A stretch of 15,726 bases of DNA from a virus: positions 1 to 15,726 of IMG/VR virus record IMGVR_UViG_3300045988_102084; one strand, 5' to 3'. Made by a program: the position numbers and the translations under genes. Shown piece after piece: positions 5,036-12,280 of the stretch (position 1 is its first letter; every line of letters starts with the position of its first letter). Below the pieces are notes generated by a model. The model saw only the letters and a list, made by a program, of their open reading frames with translations. It had not been told where the DNA came from and made no database searches.

Positions 5036-6385
5036 ATGGCTAAAACAACAGCAAAAGACGTAGCGAAGGCGATTCAGACCAATCTGGGACTGGAAGCTGA
5101 ACCAACTGGACAGCAGGTAGCACATTCTATGTACATGGCCGCATCCGAAAATTTACGTGCCAGCGTGGGCGACCCTTTGGAAACCAATTCACTGGACTTC
5201 ATGAATGGGTTACTTGAATATCCAGAAACACTTGCGACCGAATGGGTGACTTTAGCAACACGCATCGGGCGCACCATTGCGCACAAAAATATTCTTTCCA
5301 ATCGTTTGGCACCATTTAAGATGCAGAACATGCCTTTAGGCTATACGATGGAAGAATACTTTGTCGAAGCAGCCAAAGAGCATGCGTACGATCAGGAAGC
5401 ATCGGAAACAAATGTATTCAAACGTGAATTACCAGACATCAAGACAGCGTTCTACATCGTAAACCGAAAAAGCTTTTATAAGAGTACGGTGACAGACGAT
5501 GACTTGCGTAGTTACTTCGTGACTTGGGATGGTGTCAACAGTTTGATCGCGAAGATCGTGGATAGCTTGTACAATGGTGACAACAGAGATGACTACAATT
5601 ATATGAAGTCCGCCCTTACAACGCATTATGAAAATGGCTTTATGAAGATCATTAACTTAGCAAACGCTGTGACGGACACAGCAAGCGCTAAGGATCTGGC
5701 AAGACAATTGACGATGTATGCATCCATTTTGACTGAACCTCATAATGAGTATAACGCTATGGGCGTAACAAAACAAAATGAATTGGATGATTTGTACATC
5801 ATTCTAACAGCTGAATCCAACAGCTTCTTAAACATTGACTGGTTATCACAGACTTTCCAGCTGGACGTGGCCAACTTCAAAACTCATGTTTTGGTGATTC
5901 CTACACTTCCAGAAACGGACAACGGAAAAGTGGAAGCCATGTTAGTGGATCGTGAGATCTACCGCGTATTTGATCAGAAATACAATGTCAATACACAGTA
6001 CAACGGTGAAGGATTGTACTGGAATTACTGGTTACATCACTGGGAAGGTATTGCCACAAGTCGTTTTGCCAATGCGATTGCCTTTGTAAGCGGCAGTGCT
6101 GAAAACAAGGTGTCAGGTATTACTGTCAATCCGGATGCCATTTCAATCAAAGCGAATGAAGCCAAAAAAGTAAAAATGAGCATCCAGAAAACGGGAATTG
6201 ATGCATCTGTTAATGTAACAGCACAGTCAAGCGATCCAAATATTACAGCTACGATCAATGATGATAAAACAGAAATCACGATCACAGCCAATGAAAGCGC
6301 AGAAGCAGGATTGAAAACAGTGACTGTCAAGGACACGGTGGAAACAAGTGTTCATACGGTGCTTCAAGTTGTCGTTGTAGCGTAA
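5036..6385 (+). CDS. Major capsid protein (phi29 gp8-like) with a C-terminal Ig-like (BIG2-type) domain
   Basis: 449 aa versus 448 aa for phi29 gp8. GLYWNYWLHHWEGIATSRFANAIAFVSG matches remembered gp8 [28 protein letters not shown]. The C-terminal roughly 95 aa (GITVNPDAISIKANEAKKVKMSI...TVTVKD) look like a bacterial Ig-like domain. Confidence 0.92.
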   Translation: MAKTTAKDVAKAIQTNLGLEAEPTGQQVAHSMYMAASENLRASVGDPLETNSLDFMNGLLEYPETLATEWVTLATRIGRTIAHKNILSNRLAPFKMQNMPLGYTMEEYFVEAAKEHAYDQEASETNVFKRELPDIKTAFYIVNRKSFYKSTVTDDDLRSYFVTWDGVNSLIAKIVDSLYNGDNRDDYNYMKSALTTHYENGFMKIINLANAVTDTASAKDLARQLTMYASILTEPHNEYNAMGVTKQNELDDLYIILTAESNSFLNIDWLSQTFQLDVANFKTHVLVIPTLPETDNGKVEAMLVDREIYRVFDQKYNVNTQYNGEGLYWNYWLHHWEGIATSRFANAIAFVSGSAENKVSGITVNPDAISIKANEAKKVKMSIQKTGIDASVNVTAQSSDPNITATINDDKTEITITANESAEAGLKTVTVKDTVETSVHTVLQVVVVA

Positions 6386-6390
6386 AAATA

Positions 6391-6420
6391 AAAAGGGCTT
6401 GCAAAAGCCTTTTTTCTTTT
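6391..6420 (+). terminator. Intrinsic terminator after the capsid gene
   Basis: AAAAGGGCTT 6391-6400 pairs with AAGCCTTTTT around a GCAA tetraloop (6401-6404), followed by a T-rich run to 6420. Confidence 0.75.
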
Positions 6421-6427
6421 CTATAAT
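6399..6427 (+). promoter_or_regulatory. Near-consensus promoter TTGCAA-17 nt-TATAAT, with its -35 built from the terminator loop
   Basis: -35 TTGCAA at 6399-6404, a 17-nt spacer at 6405-6421, and a perfect -10 TATAAT at 6422-6427. The predicted transcription start is about 6433-6435. Confidence 0.6.
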
Positions 6428-6433
6428 AAGGGT

Positions 6434-6560
6434 GTAAGGTATACCAGGCATAATAAGTACACTTACCTTACTTTTACCCCTTTTAAGATATTTGAGTCCT
6501 TTCTAATCGCTTTTGAACCATTGGAAAACAAGAGAGTCACTTGCCAAAAGTGGCTTTTTT
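6434..6560 (+). ncRNA. Candidate small noncoding RNA (about 125 nt) between promoter 6399-6427 and terminator 6533-6560
   Basis: The interval contains no ATG. A perfect 8-bp helix (GTAAGGTA 6434-6441 with TACCTTAC 6464-6471) starts at the predicted 5' end, and a terminator hairpin sits at the 3' end. An alternative pairing, TCGCTTTTG 6507-6515 with CAAAAGTGG 6545-6553, competes with the terminator stem. Confidence 0.35.
6533..6560 (+). terminator. Intrinsic terminator inside the capsid-holin intergenic region
   Basis: GTCACTT 6536-6542 pairs with AAGTGGC 6548-6554 around a GCCAA loop, followed by TTTTTT at 6555-6560. Confidence 0.6.
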
Positions 6561-6569
6561 GTTTATTAT
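6541..6569 (+). promoter_or_regulatory. Promoter for the holin/tail/lysis block (TTGCCA-17 nt-TATTAT), with its -35 inside the terminator hairpin
   Basis: -35 TTGCCA at 6541-6546, a 17-nt spacer, and -10 TATTAT at 6564-6569. The holin RBS follows at 6585-6590. Confidence 0.5.
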
Positions 6570-6594
6570 TAGAATAGAAAAAAGAGGTGATAGC

Positions 6595-6849
6595 ATGGAA
6601 ACAGCAAACGCAGTTGTTCAATTGATTTCTACCGTTGGTTTTCCAATTGTCATGTGTGGCGTCATGGGATATTATGTCAAGTATTTAAATGACGAGCACA
6701 AAGAGGAAATCAGCAAAATAAATGACCAGCATCTAGAAGAAGTCAAAAAATTAACAACGACCATTGAAAACAATACCATTGTCATGGAAAAGCTAAGCGC
6801 AAAAATTGACACCATTTTAGATTTAAAAGGAAGTGATGAAAATGTCTGA
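6595..6849 (+). CDS. Holin-like single-pass membrane protein (BhlA/UviB-like architecture)
   Basis: ATG 6595 has AGGTGA-N4 upstream; the TTG 6541 extension in the ORF track covers the terminator and promoter and is rejected. In 84 aa there is one N-terminal TM (VVQLISTVGFPIVMCGVMGYYV) followed by a charged coiled-coil tail, as in BhlA/UviB-type holins. Confidence 0.5.
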   Translation: METANAVVQLISTVGFPIVMCGVMGYYVKYLNDEHKEEISKINDQHLEEVKKLTTTIENNTIVMEKLSAKIDTILDLKGSDENV

Positions 6850-7993
6850 TCTTACTAAATTTGAACCACTACCAAATGTGGGAAATGTGGTATCAAACAA
6901 CGTAACCGCGTTCAATCAGGGGTATAATTTATATCAATGTATCAATTATCTACAAGGCTATGTTTCCATTGTCTATGAAAATATGGATGCCCTTTTAGAT
7001 GATTGGAATAATTTTCAACAGGTTATAAATGATAACATTTCAAGCATTGCCACAGAAGAAACACAGAGAATTTTAAATCAGTGGCTAGAAGATGGCACAT
7101 TAAACGATCTGATCGCAAAAAATCCTTTATGGAATCAGAAGCTGGACAAGTCAGGCGGAACGATGACAGGGAACATCAAATTTTCCGAAAATACAAAAAT
7201 TGTGGGCACGACACCGGGCGGAAATGATATTGACTTGATTCACAATACCAATGATGGAGCATCTGGAAATTATGTTCAGTTTGGTGACCCGGATGCAAAA
7301 ACAGTCATCAATTCAAGCCAGCAGCCTGTCTGGCATAACGGGGATGATGATTATTCGCTATTGACACAGAAACAGTTGGATGCAGGGCTTTCCGGTAAAG
7401 TCAACAAAGCTGGGGATACGATGACAGGAAACCTAAATTTAAATGCATCCTTGAATTTGAATGGTGCTATTACAAGGGATAATGCTTATAATATTATCAG
7501 TTTGGGTGATACATATACGTGTGTTGGTGATATAAAATATACAACTGTTTTAATTTCGAAAAATGAAGCTGCTTATATTAAATTAAGTTCAGGCGCATTA
7601 TATCCTATTTTATCAGGAAATCTTGTAATAAATAATTTGACTACCGCAAATAGTCAACTTCCTTTATCAGCCAATCAAGGAAAAGTTTTGAATGATAAAT
7701 TAAGTAATCTAATTAAGTTAGGTACTGTTATTGGCGTTGGTAATACGCAATGTTTATATCAAGATGGTAATACATTACGGGGAACACAATCTTTTTCAAG
7801 TCAAAGTTTAAACAATGAAGATTATTTATGCTTTTTAACTTTACAGGCAATTACCGGAACGCCATATAATCAAACGACAGGCATTGCTTATTCTTTTAGC
7901 GGTTCAACAATGAATATAGAAGTTAGAGGTACAGGTTTTGTGAGTGGTCACATTGTCAATGTAAATTATTTACTAGTTAAGGTAGGTGATTAA
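6842..7993 (+). CDS. Tail fibre / receptor-binding protein
   Basis: ATG 6842 lies 8 nt after GGAAG and overlaps the holin stop by 8 nt. Two classic phage fibre motifs are present: KSGGTMTGNIKF and KAGDTMTGNLNL. The distal half is compositionally distinct (about 29% GC). Confidence 0.75.
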   Translation: MSDLTKFEPLPNVGNVVSNNVTAFNQGYNLYQCINYLQGYVSIVYENMDALLDDWNNFQQVINDNISSIATEETQRILNQWLEDGTLNDLIAKNPLWNQKLDKSGGTMTGNIKFSENTKIVGTTPGGNDIDLIHNTNDGASGNYVQFGDPDAKTVINSSQQPVWHNGDDDYSLLTQKQLDAGLSGKVNKAGDTMTGNLNLNASLNLNGAITRDNAYNIISLGDTYTCVGDIKYTTVLISKNEAAYIKLSSGALYPILSGNLVINNLTTANSQLPLSANQGKVLNDKLSNLIKLGTVIGVGNTQCLYQDGNTLRGTQSFSSQSLNNEDYLCFLTLQAITGTPYNQTTGIAYSFSGSTMNIEVRGTGFVSGHIVNVNYLLVKVGD

Positions 7994-7994
7994 A

Positions 7995-8606
7995 ATGATC
8001 TGGTATTTAGATATTAAAGGTGAAAAAATAATGGGTGCGTATTCTGAAAAATTAAATGAATCCATGATTCAAATGGATTTAGAAGATACATTTGATCGAA
8101 CTCGAAATATTTATAAAGATGGTGAAATTGTGCCTATTGATGATAATCAAAGGCGTACAATTTACAATGAAGAAGTATATTTTGAAGAGGAAAACGCATT
8201 ACAAGCCATGATGACAGCCAGTGCTAGAGCTTCATTTTTAAACGAATTGGATGATACTGAAGCGGCTAAACTTTCTTTATGCTATGATTCTTGGACAACA
8301 GGCAAAGCGTATAAGGTGGGCGATCGTGTATTATGTGATGGGAAGTTGTGGAAATGTCGTCAAGCGCATACATCGCAGGAAAACTGGAAACCATCTATCA
8401 ACACAGCCAGTCTATGGGAAGTGATCAATGTAGAAAACGCCGGAACCTTGGAAGATCCAATTCCATACGATCAGACCATGACCGTTTACAATGGAAAATA
8501 TTATCTGGAAGAGGGAATCATCTATAAATGTATTCGTGATTCTGGCCAGCCTTTATATGCAACGTGTGCCAGTTTAGTTGGAAACTATTTTGAGGTTGTA
8601 GAATGA
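7995..8606 (+). CDS. Protein with a CBM5/12-like carbohydrate-binding motif; putative tail accessory or second receptor-binding protein
   Basis: ATG 7995 follows AGGTGA-N5. An alternative ATG at 8031 also follows AGGTGA, with N7. YKVGDRVLCDGKLWKCRQAHTSQENWKPSINTASLWEVI fits the chitin-binding type-3 pattern (Y.vGD.V.y.G..y.C.q.H.s...W.P.....LW). Confidence 0.55.
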   Translation: MIWYLDIKGEKIMGAYSEKLNESMIQMDLEDTFDRTRNIYKDGEIVPIDDNQRRTIYNEEVYFEEENALQAMMTASARASFLNELDDTEAAKLSLCYDSWTTGKAYKVGDRVLCDGKLWKCRQAHTSQENWKPSINTASLWEVINVENAGTLEDPIPYDQTMTVYNGKYYLEEGIIYKCIRDSGQPLYATCASLVGNYFEVVE

Positions 8607-8800
8607 CATGTCAATTTAAAGCCTTGGAAAATATGAACAAACCGGAAGATATTCCATACTCATTGCCGGAAGGACTGGAAAAAGAGTTTTATCAAGAATT
8701 TTACATGCGTTGCATCAAGATCTTTCATGCGCATGGGATGAAGGAACGCGCGGATGTATGCGAACAGAAACTAAAAGAGTTAGGGGACATGTTTTCCTAA
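8603..8800 (+). CDS. Hypothetical protein (65 aa)
   Basis: ORF track 8603..8800, with ATGA overlap onto the upstream stop. The alternative start is ATG 8633. No recognisable motif. Confidence 0.45.
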   Translation: MTCQFKALENMNKPEDIPYSLPEGLEKEFYQEFYMRCIKIFHAHGMKERADVCEQKLKELGDMFS

Positions 8801-8808
8801 CTCTTTTT
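8774..8808 (+). terminator. Hairpin plus T-run overlapping the stop codon of the 65-aa ORF (weak terminator or mRNA-stabilising hairpin)
   Basis: GAGTTAGG 8777-8784 pairs perfectly with CCTAACTC 8796-8803 around an 11-nt loop. The stem is extended by A:T pairs and followed by TTTTT at 8804-8808. No promoter follows before the essential downstream genes. Confidence 0.4.
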
Positions 8809-8827
8809 ATTAGAAAGAGGTGAAACA

Positions 8828-10048
8828 ATGCAGCCAGGACAAACCTTAGTTGCCAAAGATGGAACACAAGTTGTGTTGTGGCCTTTCCCTGTGATGAACA
8901 TCACACAGCTATCCGGCCCGGGATCCTTGAGCCATTGCTGTGGAAATCCGGTAGACTGTGTGGGGCCGACAAATAATTATGACGGGTATGCACCTTGCGA
9001 CTGTCATGAGGTATATAGAGATAATGTAGGTAATACACGTGGTTATACAAGTGATAATGAAGTGTATTATGCCAGTCCTTCAGGAACGGGTTGGGTAAAG
9101 GGATATGTGAGTTTTTCCTTTACGCATAACAACAATCCACCCGCACAGACAAGCTTTAAACAAGGGGAACGCATTACATCCACCGGAACCGCCGGCATGG
9201 TGACCGGGGATCATTGCCACTTAGACCAGGCACCGATTGCTAATGCACAATTAGTCAGCTATGGTGTGACTTGTGCCTTTGGAAACTTGTGTTATGCGCT
9301 TCAAGACAGTGTCAGTCCGGAAACGATCTTTTTTGTTAACGATACCAATATAATAAACAGTCAAGGCTTAAACTTTTCAACCTTTGTGGATGGAACAGAA
9401 CCACCTACACCAGAGCCAACCTATCACACTTTTTTATTGCCAATCGACCCGTTTGGCATCGAATTATTGCCTATTAAGATACAGGATGAAAAACCAACAC
9501 CACCAGAACCAACACCAATTGAATGGATCATACCGGGGGATATCAATAATACAAGACCATTGACCGAAGATGAAGCGTATAACAACTGTCGTGCCTTCTG
9601 GGCATATTTTAAGGCCAAAGGATGGAGCTTAAACGCTGTTTCTGGCATTTTAGGAAACTCATGGCATGAAAGTACAGTGAATCCAAACCGCTGGCAGGGT
9701 GATGATGCATGGCACCAACCGCCGGATTCTTGGGGATATGGACTTGTACAGTGGACACCATATACCAAGATCATTACATGGCTACAAGAGCAGGGTGTCT
9801 ATCCGGATGTTTCAAAATTTGGACAGAGCGAGTGCGACCGCATTCAGTGGGAAATGGAGAACAACCAACAATGGATCGCTACAAGTGCCTATCCGGAGAG
9901 CTTTCGAGCGTTCAGCACGTCAACACGTGACCCGTATGATCTAGCGATCGAATTTTTAGCCAATTATGAACGACCATTTGACCCGAATCAGCCAGAACGT
10001 GGTGATACAGCGTGTATGATTTACAATTATTTACTACAATATGAATGA
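8828..10048 (+). CDS. Tail-associated peptidoglycan hydrolase (phi29 gp13-like): N-terminal M23-like peptidase, Pro/Thr-rich linker, C-terminal phage tail lysozyme domain
   Basis: The C-terminal half matches the remembered gp13 N-terminal lysozyme domain:
- ILGNSWHESTVNPNRWQ versus MLGNMQSESTINPGLWQ
- GYGLVQWTP versus GFGLVQWTP
- FLANYERPFDPNQPERGD versus FLASYERPANPNQPERGD
The N-terminal half has M23-like TGTAGMVTGDHCHLD (HxH) and SHCCGNPVD. AGGTGA-N4-ATG start. Confidence 0.85.
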   Translation: MQPGQTLVAKDGTQVVLWPFPVMNITQLSGPGSLSHCCGNPVDCVGPTNNYDGYAPCDCHEVYRDNVGNTRGYTSDNEVYYASPSGTGWVKGYVSFSFTHNNNPPAQTSFKQGERITSTGTAGMVTGDHCHLDQAPIANAQLVSYGVTCAFGNLCYALQDSVSPETIFFVNDTNIINSQGLNFSTFVDGTEPPTPEPTYHTFLLPIDPFGIELLPIKIQDEKPTPPEPTPIEWIIPGDINNTRPLTEDEAYNNCRAFWAYFKAKGWSLNAVSGILGNSWHESTVNPNRWQGDDAWHQPPDSWGYGLVQWTPYTKIITWLQEQGVYPDVSKFGQSECDRIQWEMENNQQWIATSAYPESFRAFSTSTRDPYDLAIEFLANYERPFDPNQPERGDTACMIYNYLLQYE

Positions 10049-10078
10049 TGTGTTAGAATAAAAGAAAGAGGTGAGAAC

Positions 10079-12280
10079 ATGCCAATCTTAAACAGTCAAT
10101 TTACACCCGATACAAAGATCATATTATTAAAAGGTGTTGAGTGTGATGCTATGAACAATACGTACTGGGGATGTTTCAGCACACCGGAAGAACAGTATAA
10201 TTTTTATATGAACAATTTTGAAAATCAAAAGATAACCTATGATAATTATACATACCAGCGTGCCAATGGTGTCGTTTTGGTCGATGGTGCCTTTGATGAT
10301 CTTAGAACGTATAATTACATGATGTACAGAAATAAAAAGACGGGAAACGGAGCAAAATGGATCTATTGTTTTATCACATCCATTGCCTACGTGTCTGATA
10401 ATGTTACATCAATCCAATTTGAAACGGATGTCATGCAGACATGGCGTTTTGAGATCGAAAAGGATATCCTTCCTAGTTTTGTGGCCTATGAGCATCGTGA
10501 GTTGTGGTACTACAATGAGGAAGGAAAAAGACTACCATGCATCAATACGCAGCCGGAAAACATCGAAATTGGAGATAATTTGGTGTGCCGAAGAAATGCA
10601 AATATAGAAAGCGCACAAGCGGATATCAGTTATATCGTCGTCACGATGACCCAGCACTTTAATCAGGCGGATATCGCGACACTGGAACACGGTGTTCCAA
10701 CACAACTATATCATTACATCTTTCCGTTTGATCTAACGACCGGTGCTGGTATTCAAGATGGCTTTGCTGTATTAAAAGATGGAACGGAAAGCAGATTAAC
10801 CGCCTTCCAAACGATCTATAATCTAATTCGAAACGATGAAAATTTTGTCAATAAATGTTCAAGTATCATCGTAACCAATGCATTATATGGCTTGCATTCC
10901 GAATACGCCGGATCGTATAAACGAATCATAGCCAGACAAGGGTATGATGTTATAAAAGAAGGGGATTATACGTTCTTAATACCTTCCAGCCTTCCATTAA
11001 ATAGCGTGTATTATAATGACACAGCTGCCAGTGTGGAAAGAGAATATACCAACCCTTTCAACATCCTTGCGAATCTGTATTTTTTAAACGAAACAAAATT
11101 GATGTTCAGCCCTTTTAGTTTCAGCGTTTTGTCGAACATGAATGGGACATCGAAAGTGTATCAGCATGAACTATTTGATGATCTAACAAATATACGTTTT
11201 CTGATCGTGGGAAGTATTGACACAAGTAAGGTTGACTATATACCCGAAAATTACAAGGTTAAAAAACAAGAGATTTATGGAAACAATACCCTAAATGCCA
11301 TGAACGATGCGTTTGAAGATGGCTATGAACTATCCTTGCCGATCGTATCAGACTACACCGCGGTCTTGATGCAGACAAGCAAGAACAGCATGAATGTTGG
11401 TGTATCGAATACCATTCGAACGAATGAGACAAGCATGCGCATTGCCAGTGCAACCGGCCAAGCAATGAGCCAGCAAACAGGCATTCAAAATGCGATGCGA
11501 TCACAAATGACCGCCAACAATAATATGTTAAACAGTCAGCTAACGGGCATTCAAAATCAAGTGGCCAACGTTGGTATGTGGTCTGGTCTGGCCGGAAGTC
11601 TTGGAAGTGCAGCCGGAAATTTATTGACCGGAAACCTTGGTGGAGCGGTTGGCTCTCTGATTGGTGGTTTTGCCAATGTGTCAAACACAGCCGCCCAGAT
11701 GCAGGCCAACAATTTGACCATGCAGGCACAGAACGCCAATGCGATGAACAATGCAAGTTTACAGAACAATGCAAACAGCCAGATTACAGCGGTACAAAAT
11801 GCATTAAGAAACACCACGACAAAATACCAGGCCGAAACAAATATTCAAAATGCGATTGAAAGCTATCAGGCCAAAATTCACGATGCAAACGCGACAGCCG
11901 ACAGCATTGTAAGTGGTGGATCCAATATTTACAGGGTGATTTCCTTAGGCTTGCAGACGCCTATATTATTTATCTACACGCCAACCGATGAGTATATCCA
12001 AAGAGCCAGCCAAGTATTCAATGTGCGTGGATATTCAACCAACTTGACCAAGATGCCAAACTTACACACCCGACAATATTGGAACTATATTCAGACGGTA
12101 AAAGTCAATATGAAAGGTGGGGATATCGATCCGCAAGATCTAGAAAAAATCAAGCGTTGTCTGGATAATGGTGTTACCTTATGGCATACCAAAGATATTT
12201 GTGATTACACCAAGGAAAACAGACCATTGAATGACCCACACAACAACGATAAATTTGGAAACCGAAAGGGGGATATTTAA
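10079..12280 (+). CDS. Tail knob protein (phi29 gp9-like) with an expanded internal N/Q-rich and Gly/Ala-rich loop
   Basis: N-terminal WIYCFITSIAYVSDNVTSIQFETDVMQTWRFEI resembles gp9 [33 protein letters not shown]. C-terminal PNLHTRQYWNYIQT...LDNGVTLWHT resembles gp9 PNLRTRKAFNYVQT...FDNGITLWHT. It is 733 aa versus about 599 aa in phi29. Confidence 0.9.
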   Translation: MPILNSQFTPDTKIILLKGVECDAMNNTYWGCFSTPEEQYNFYMNNFENQKITYDNYTYQRANGVVLVDGAFDDLRTYNYMMYRNKKTGNGAKWIYCFITSIAYVSDNVTSIQFETDVMQTWRFEIEKDILPSFVAYEHRELWYYNEEGKRLPCINTQPENIEIGDNLVCRRNANIESAQADISYIVVTMTQHFNQADIATLEHGVPTQLYHYIFPFDLTTGAGIQDGFAVLKDGTESRLTAFQTIYNLIRNDENFVNKCSSIIVTNALYGLHSEYAGSYKRIIARQGYDVIKEGDYTFLIPSSLPLNSVYYNDTAASVEREYTNPFNILANLYFLNETKLMFSPFSFSVLSNMNGTSKVYQHELFDDLTNIRFLIVGSIDTSKVDYIPENYKVKKQEIYGNNTLNAMNDAFEDGYELSLPIVSDYTAVLMQTSKNSMNVGVSNTIRTNETSMRIASATGQAMSQQTGIQNAMRSQMTANNNMLNSQLTGIQNQVANVGMWSGLAGSLGSAAGNLLTGNLGGAVGSLIGGFANVSNTAAQMQANNLTMQAQNANAMNNASLQNNANSQITAVQNALRNTTTKYQAETNIQNAIESYQAKIHDANATADSIVSGGSNIYRVISLGLQTPILFIYTPTDEYIQRASQVFNVRGYSTNLTKMPNLHTRQYWNYIQTVKVNMKGGDIDPQDLEKIKRCLDNGVTLWHTKDICDYTKENRPLNDPHNNDKFGNRKGDI

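Noticed and set aside
6438-6445. GGTATACC palindrome and CCATTGG (6518-6524) in the second noncoding unit, considered as pRNA-style intermolecular kissing-loop sequences.
   Set aside because: They are too short and too easily produced by chance to support an oligomerisation claim without folding, covariation or experimental data.
6541-6594. TTG-initiated 5' extension of the holin ORF (MPKVAFLFIIRIEKRGDS...).
   Set aside because: The extension runs through the terminator hairpin, T-run and promoter -10. The ATG at 6595 has the genome-typical AGGTGA-N4 spacing.
9399-9530. Pro/Thr-rich repeats (PPTPEPT and PTPPEPTP) considered as a possible independent repeat element or recombination scar.
   Set aside because: They are in frame within the lysin ORF and behave like ordinary interdomain linkers, so they are reported only as part of the domain-order finding.
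9699-9944. Two overlapping + strand alternative-frame ORFs (9699..9944 and 9709..9930) inside the tail lysin gene.
   Set aside because: The main frame here encodes the strongly conserved gp13 lysozyme motifs (GYGLVQWTP and others). The alternative frames have no RBS and give implausible Arg/Gly/Trp/Cys-rich peptides.
11259-11859. Long alternative-frame ORFs over the tail-knob repeat region (minus strand 11259..11774 and 11557..11817; plus strand 11578..11859).
   Set aside because: They coincide with the N/Q/G/A-rich low-complexity segment of the gp9 homologue, where codon monotony removes stop codons in other frames. There are no start signals, and the gp9 frame is supported by flanking homology.
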